Both the position numbers and the translations under genes were made by a program. DNA of 64,000 bases from Candidatus Bathyarchaeota archaeon. Its GTDB lineage: Archaea; Thermoproteota; Bathyarchaeia; Bathyarchaeales; Bathycorpusculaceae. Each line of letters opens with the position of its first letter. Position 1 is the stretch's first letter. The notes beneath the pieces are model-generated. The model saw only the letters and a list, made by a program, of their open reading frames with translations. It was not told the origin of the DNA and ran no database searches. The DNA is taken from NCBI GenBank assembly GCA_963780185.1, contig CAWABA010000003.1, positions 1 to 64,000 of the forward strand, in the 5' to 3' direction. Positions 61,571 to 64,000 of the stretch are shown piece after piece.

Positions 61571-62357
61571 ATGAATATCGGCGAAGAATTTGACGGTATT
61601 TCTGAAATTTACGACGAAACAAGACCTGCAGCTACACAGACTGAGCTCAAGGTGCTTTCAGGCGAACTTGAAAGATTGCCACACAATACTCGACGTTGGC
61701 GTAGGCACAGGCAGGTTCGCAAAGCCTCTTTCAGAATGCGGGTTTGACATTGTCGGGATTGATTTGTCGCGTAAAATGATTTTGAAAGCCAAACAAAAAG
61801 GGCTCCACAGCCTCATCTTAGCTGACGCCTGCAACATGCCATTTAGGGACGGAGCGTTTGACGGCTCCATAATAATTCACGTTTTCCATTTACTGCCCGA
61901 TTGGTTGACCGTCTTGCGGGAGATGGGTCGCGTGACAAACAAAAAAGTCGCCACTTTGCTAGGCAACAGACCCAGCGGAAGGGGCAGCACAGCGAACGTT
62001 TCTGGAGGTGCCGCGTCTTCAGCGCACCCGGAGATTTGGGTTCAATATGCCAAGTTAAGGGCGGAAGCAGGGTACCCGATGCAGCGTAATACGCGAAGGT
62101 GGCAAAACGAAGCCGATGCCAAGTCAAAATTGCCTCCGAGCAAGCTCATAGAAGTAAGCAATGAGGTTGTCACGACGAAGATTAGCGATTTAATCGAAAG
62201 ATTTCTGCAAAGAGCGCCATCTTCGAATACAGGCATACCCGTAGAGGTTCATCGAAAGATAATTCAGCAGCTCTTAGCGTCTGTCGGCGACAAACAGATT
62301 ACGCGAACCGTAACCGAGGAGCTTGCCATCTGGCAACCTAGCCAGCTTAGATTATGA
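61571..62357 (+). CDS. Class I SAM-dependent methyltransferase (frameshift near 61668)
   Basis: FDGISEIYDETR in the first frame; ILDVGVGTG, GIDLS..M, ADA..MPF, FD, HVFH in the +1 frame. Confidence 0.85.
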
Positions 62358-62557
62358 GCAAAATTGTGTATATGGAAAGTGTATATGGTTTCCGTATATG
62401 CTTCGCCTACCTATCGGGTGCCTTGCGTAAAGACAAAAACGCTCAAAACGAAAACCACACCAGACAATCTTTGAAGAAAAACTACTTTTTCAATATCGCA
62501 AAATAGAATCAGATAAAGGCATGAAAAAGGCTTAGGTATTCAGGTGACGCAGACTTC

Positions 62558-64000
62558 GTGAATCACAGGAAAATCTGGCTTGCCGCGGCTCTTATAGCGA
62601 TAATTGTTGTGTCTTTTTTTGTAGCGTCCAACCTTCTTGCGCCCGCGAAACAAACAGCTGTGTCTAAGCCTTTTTACGTGGGAATCGAAACGGGGTGGAA
62701 CGCCACGGCTGCCCAATGTGAAGCTGTGATTAACCAAGTCAAAAATTACTGTAACCTGTACATTGTCGCGTCGCCGCAAGTCATCGTGAACGAAACAGCG
62801 CTAAACGAGGTGTGTGACTACGCTTACGCGGCGGGAATGTCCTTTATGCCAGAGTTCTACCAGCAGTTCTTCGTTAACCCAAACGGCTACACCCCACACG
62901 ACTGGTTCGTCGCTGCAAAAGCACGCTACGGCGACCGTTTACTCGGCATATATTACTACGATGAGCCAGCGGGAAGCCAACTGGATACAACTCAAATCAT
63001 AAAAAACCCAGTTATAACGCCGACTTCCCCAGCGAAAAGCTACCTGGATTACACTGACTACTTCTTTTGGCTTTGGACACACGGCAGCGACGGCGGCTTA
63101 ACTGCAACTTCAGCTTTCTTTAAAAACGCAAATTCTTCCCTGTTCACTTCAGACTACGGCTTATACTGGTTCGACTACGACCTCGGATACAACACCGTTC
63201 TGGCGCAGTTCGGCTGGAACAACAGCAGACCCATGCAGATTAGCTTGGTCAGAGGCGCGGCAGAGGCTCAAAACCAAAGTTGGGGCGCCATCATAACCTG
63301 GACATACAACGGAACCGAGAACGGAGGCACCTATTTGGAGCCGCCCCCCGAGATGTACAGCGACATGGTTTTAGCCTACAATTGCGGCGCGTCATACGTA
63401 TCCATCTACGACTCATCCCAAAACTACGTTGGCACCACACTGAACAGCTCATACTTAACGAAACTGCAGGAGTTTTGGAACTACGTCCAGCAGAACCCGA
63501 GCAAACAAGGCAGCCTAAAAGCAGACACCGCCGTGGTGCTTCCGCAAGATTACGGCTTCGGCTTCCGCAGCCAAGACGATTCAGTTTGGCAGTACCGCAC
63601 AGCCACCGCCTGGACACAGCAACTCTACCTCAACGTCACCACCCTTCTTGACAAATACAAGTCACGCTTAAACATCGTCTACAGCGACCCCCAATTCCAA
63701 AATGCGATCCGCAGCGATTACAGCAAAATCCTGTATTGGCCCAAAAACTTCGACAATGGCGTAAGCTACCAAATCGTAGACTCAGATAACGGTTTAGGAT
63801 ACAGCACCATCCAAGACGCAGCGTCTTCCTTCGCAACCTATCAAGGACACACCCTCCTAGTCAAGCCTGGAACCTACCAAGAAAACGTCGCAGTAACCAA
63901 ACCCGTAGTCTTAGCCAGCCAAAAAACAAACGCCTCCATAATCGAAGGCTCCGCAGACGGAACCGCGTTAACGATTGAAGCCGACAACGTAACCGTAACT
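62558..64000 (+). CDS. Exported protein: putative TIM-barrel domain fused to a NosD/beta-helix domain (3' end runs off the window)
   Basis: Frame from GTG 62558 reads MNHRKIWLAAAL..FYVGI..LGIYYYDEPAGSQLD..FTSDYGLYWFDY..RGAA..WGAIITW..YSTIQDA..VKPGTYQE; no stop seen, hence absent from the ORF track. Confidence 0.75.
   Translation, partial: MNHRKIWLAAALIAIIVVSFFVASNLLAPAKQTAVSKPFYVGIETGWNATAAQCEAVINQVKNYCNLYIVASPQVIVNETALNEVCDYAYAAGMSFMPEFYQQFFVNPNGYTPHDWFVAAKARYGDRLLGIYYYDEPAGSQLDTTQIIKNPVITPTSPAKSYLDYTDYFFWLWTHGSDGGLTATSAFFKNANSSLFTSDYGLYWFDYDLGYNTVLAQFGWNNSRPMQISLVRGAAEAQNQSWGAIITWTYNGTENGGTYLEPPPEMYSDMVLAYNCGASYVSIYDSSQNYVGTTLNSSYLTKLQEFWNYVQQNPSKQGSLKADTAVVLPQDYGFGFRSQDDSVWQYRTATAWTQQLYLNVTTLLDKYKSRLNIVYSDPQFQNAIRSDYSKILYWPKNFDNGVSYQIVDSDNGLGYSTIQDAASSFATYQGHTLLVKPGTYQENVAVTKPVVLASQKTNASIIEGSADGTALTIEADNVTVT

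Overview
Archaeal chromosomal window: it carries aIF6-rplX-pfdA-ftsY, TATA-like promoters and poly-T terminators. The PQQ-type beta-propeller, NosD/beta-helix, TrmB and PadR genes suggest Candidatus Bathyarchaeia (inference). It holds about 60 genes. These include a TetR-controlled ABC exporter, an ArsR/Fe-S operon, an Lrp + membrane protein + two AhbC/D(NirJ)-like radical SAM cluster, a secreted GH5, a TPP-riboswitch-controlled thiT + AIR-synthase-like operon, and a P1B ATPase near Met-rich surface proteins. There is also a dispersed aryl-acid/aromatic amino acid cluster (AOR, IorAB, PaaK, PaaI, ACT, Liv), small low-GC inserts (DUF5678-like + retropepsin, HEPN-like, VapBC) and hcp. Nine genes are broken by small indels that look like long-read errors. 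I saw no rRNA, tRNA, CRISPR array, integrase or transposase. Best leads: (1) an IorA with an internally inserted four-cluster ferredoxin paralogous to the neighbouring AOR electron-transfer subunit; (2) a membrane-anchored homologue of the eukaryotic peptide:N-glycanase (Png1/NGLY1) core; (3) an archaeal TPP riboswitch whose aptamer contains the RBS, controlling a candidate new thiamine-salvage kinase; (4) a membrane-tethered wHTH with helically phased repeats upstream of two Met-rich secreted proteins. All family calls come from motif recognition by eye; no database searches were run.
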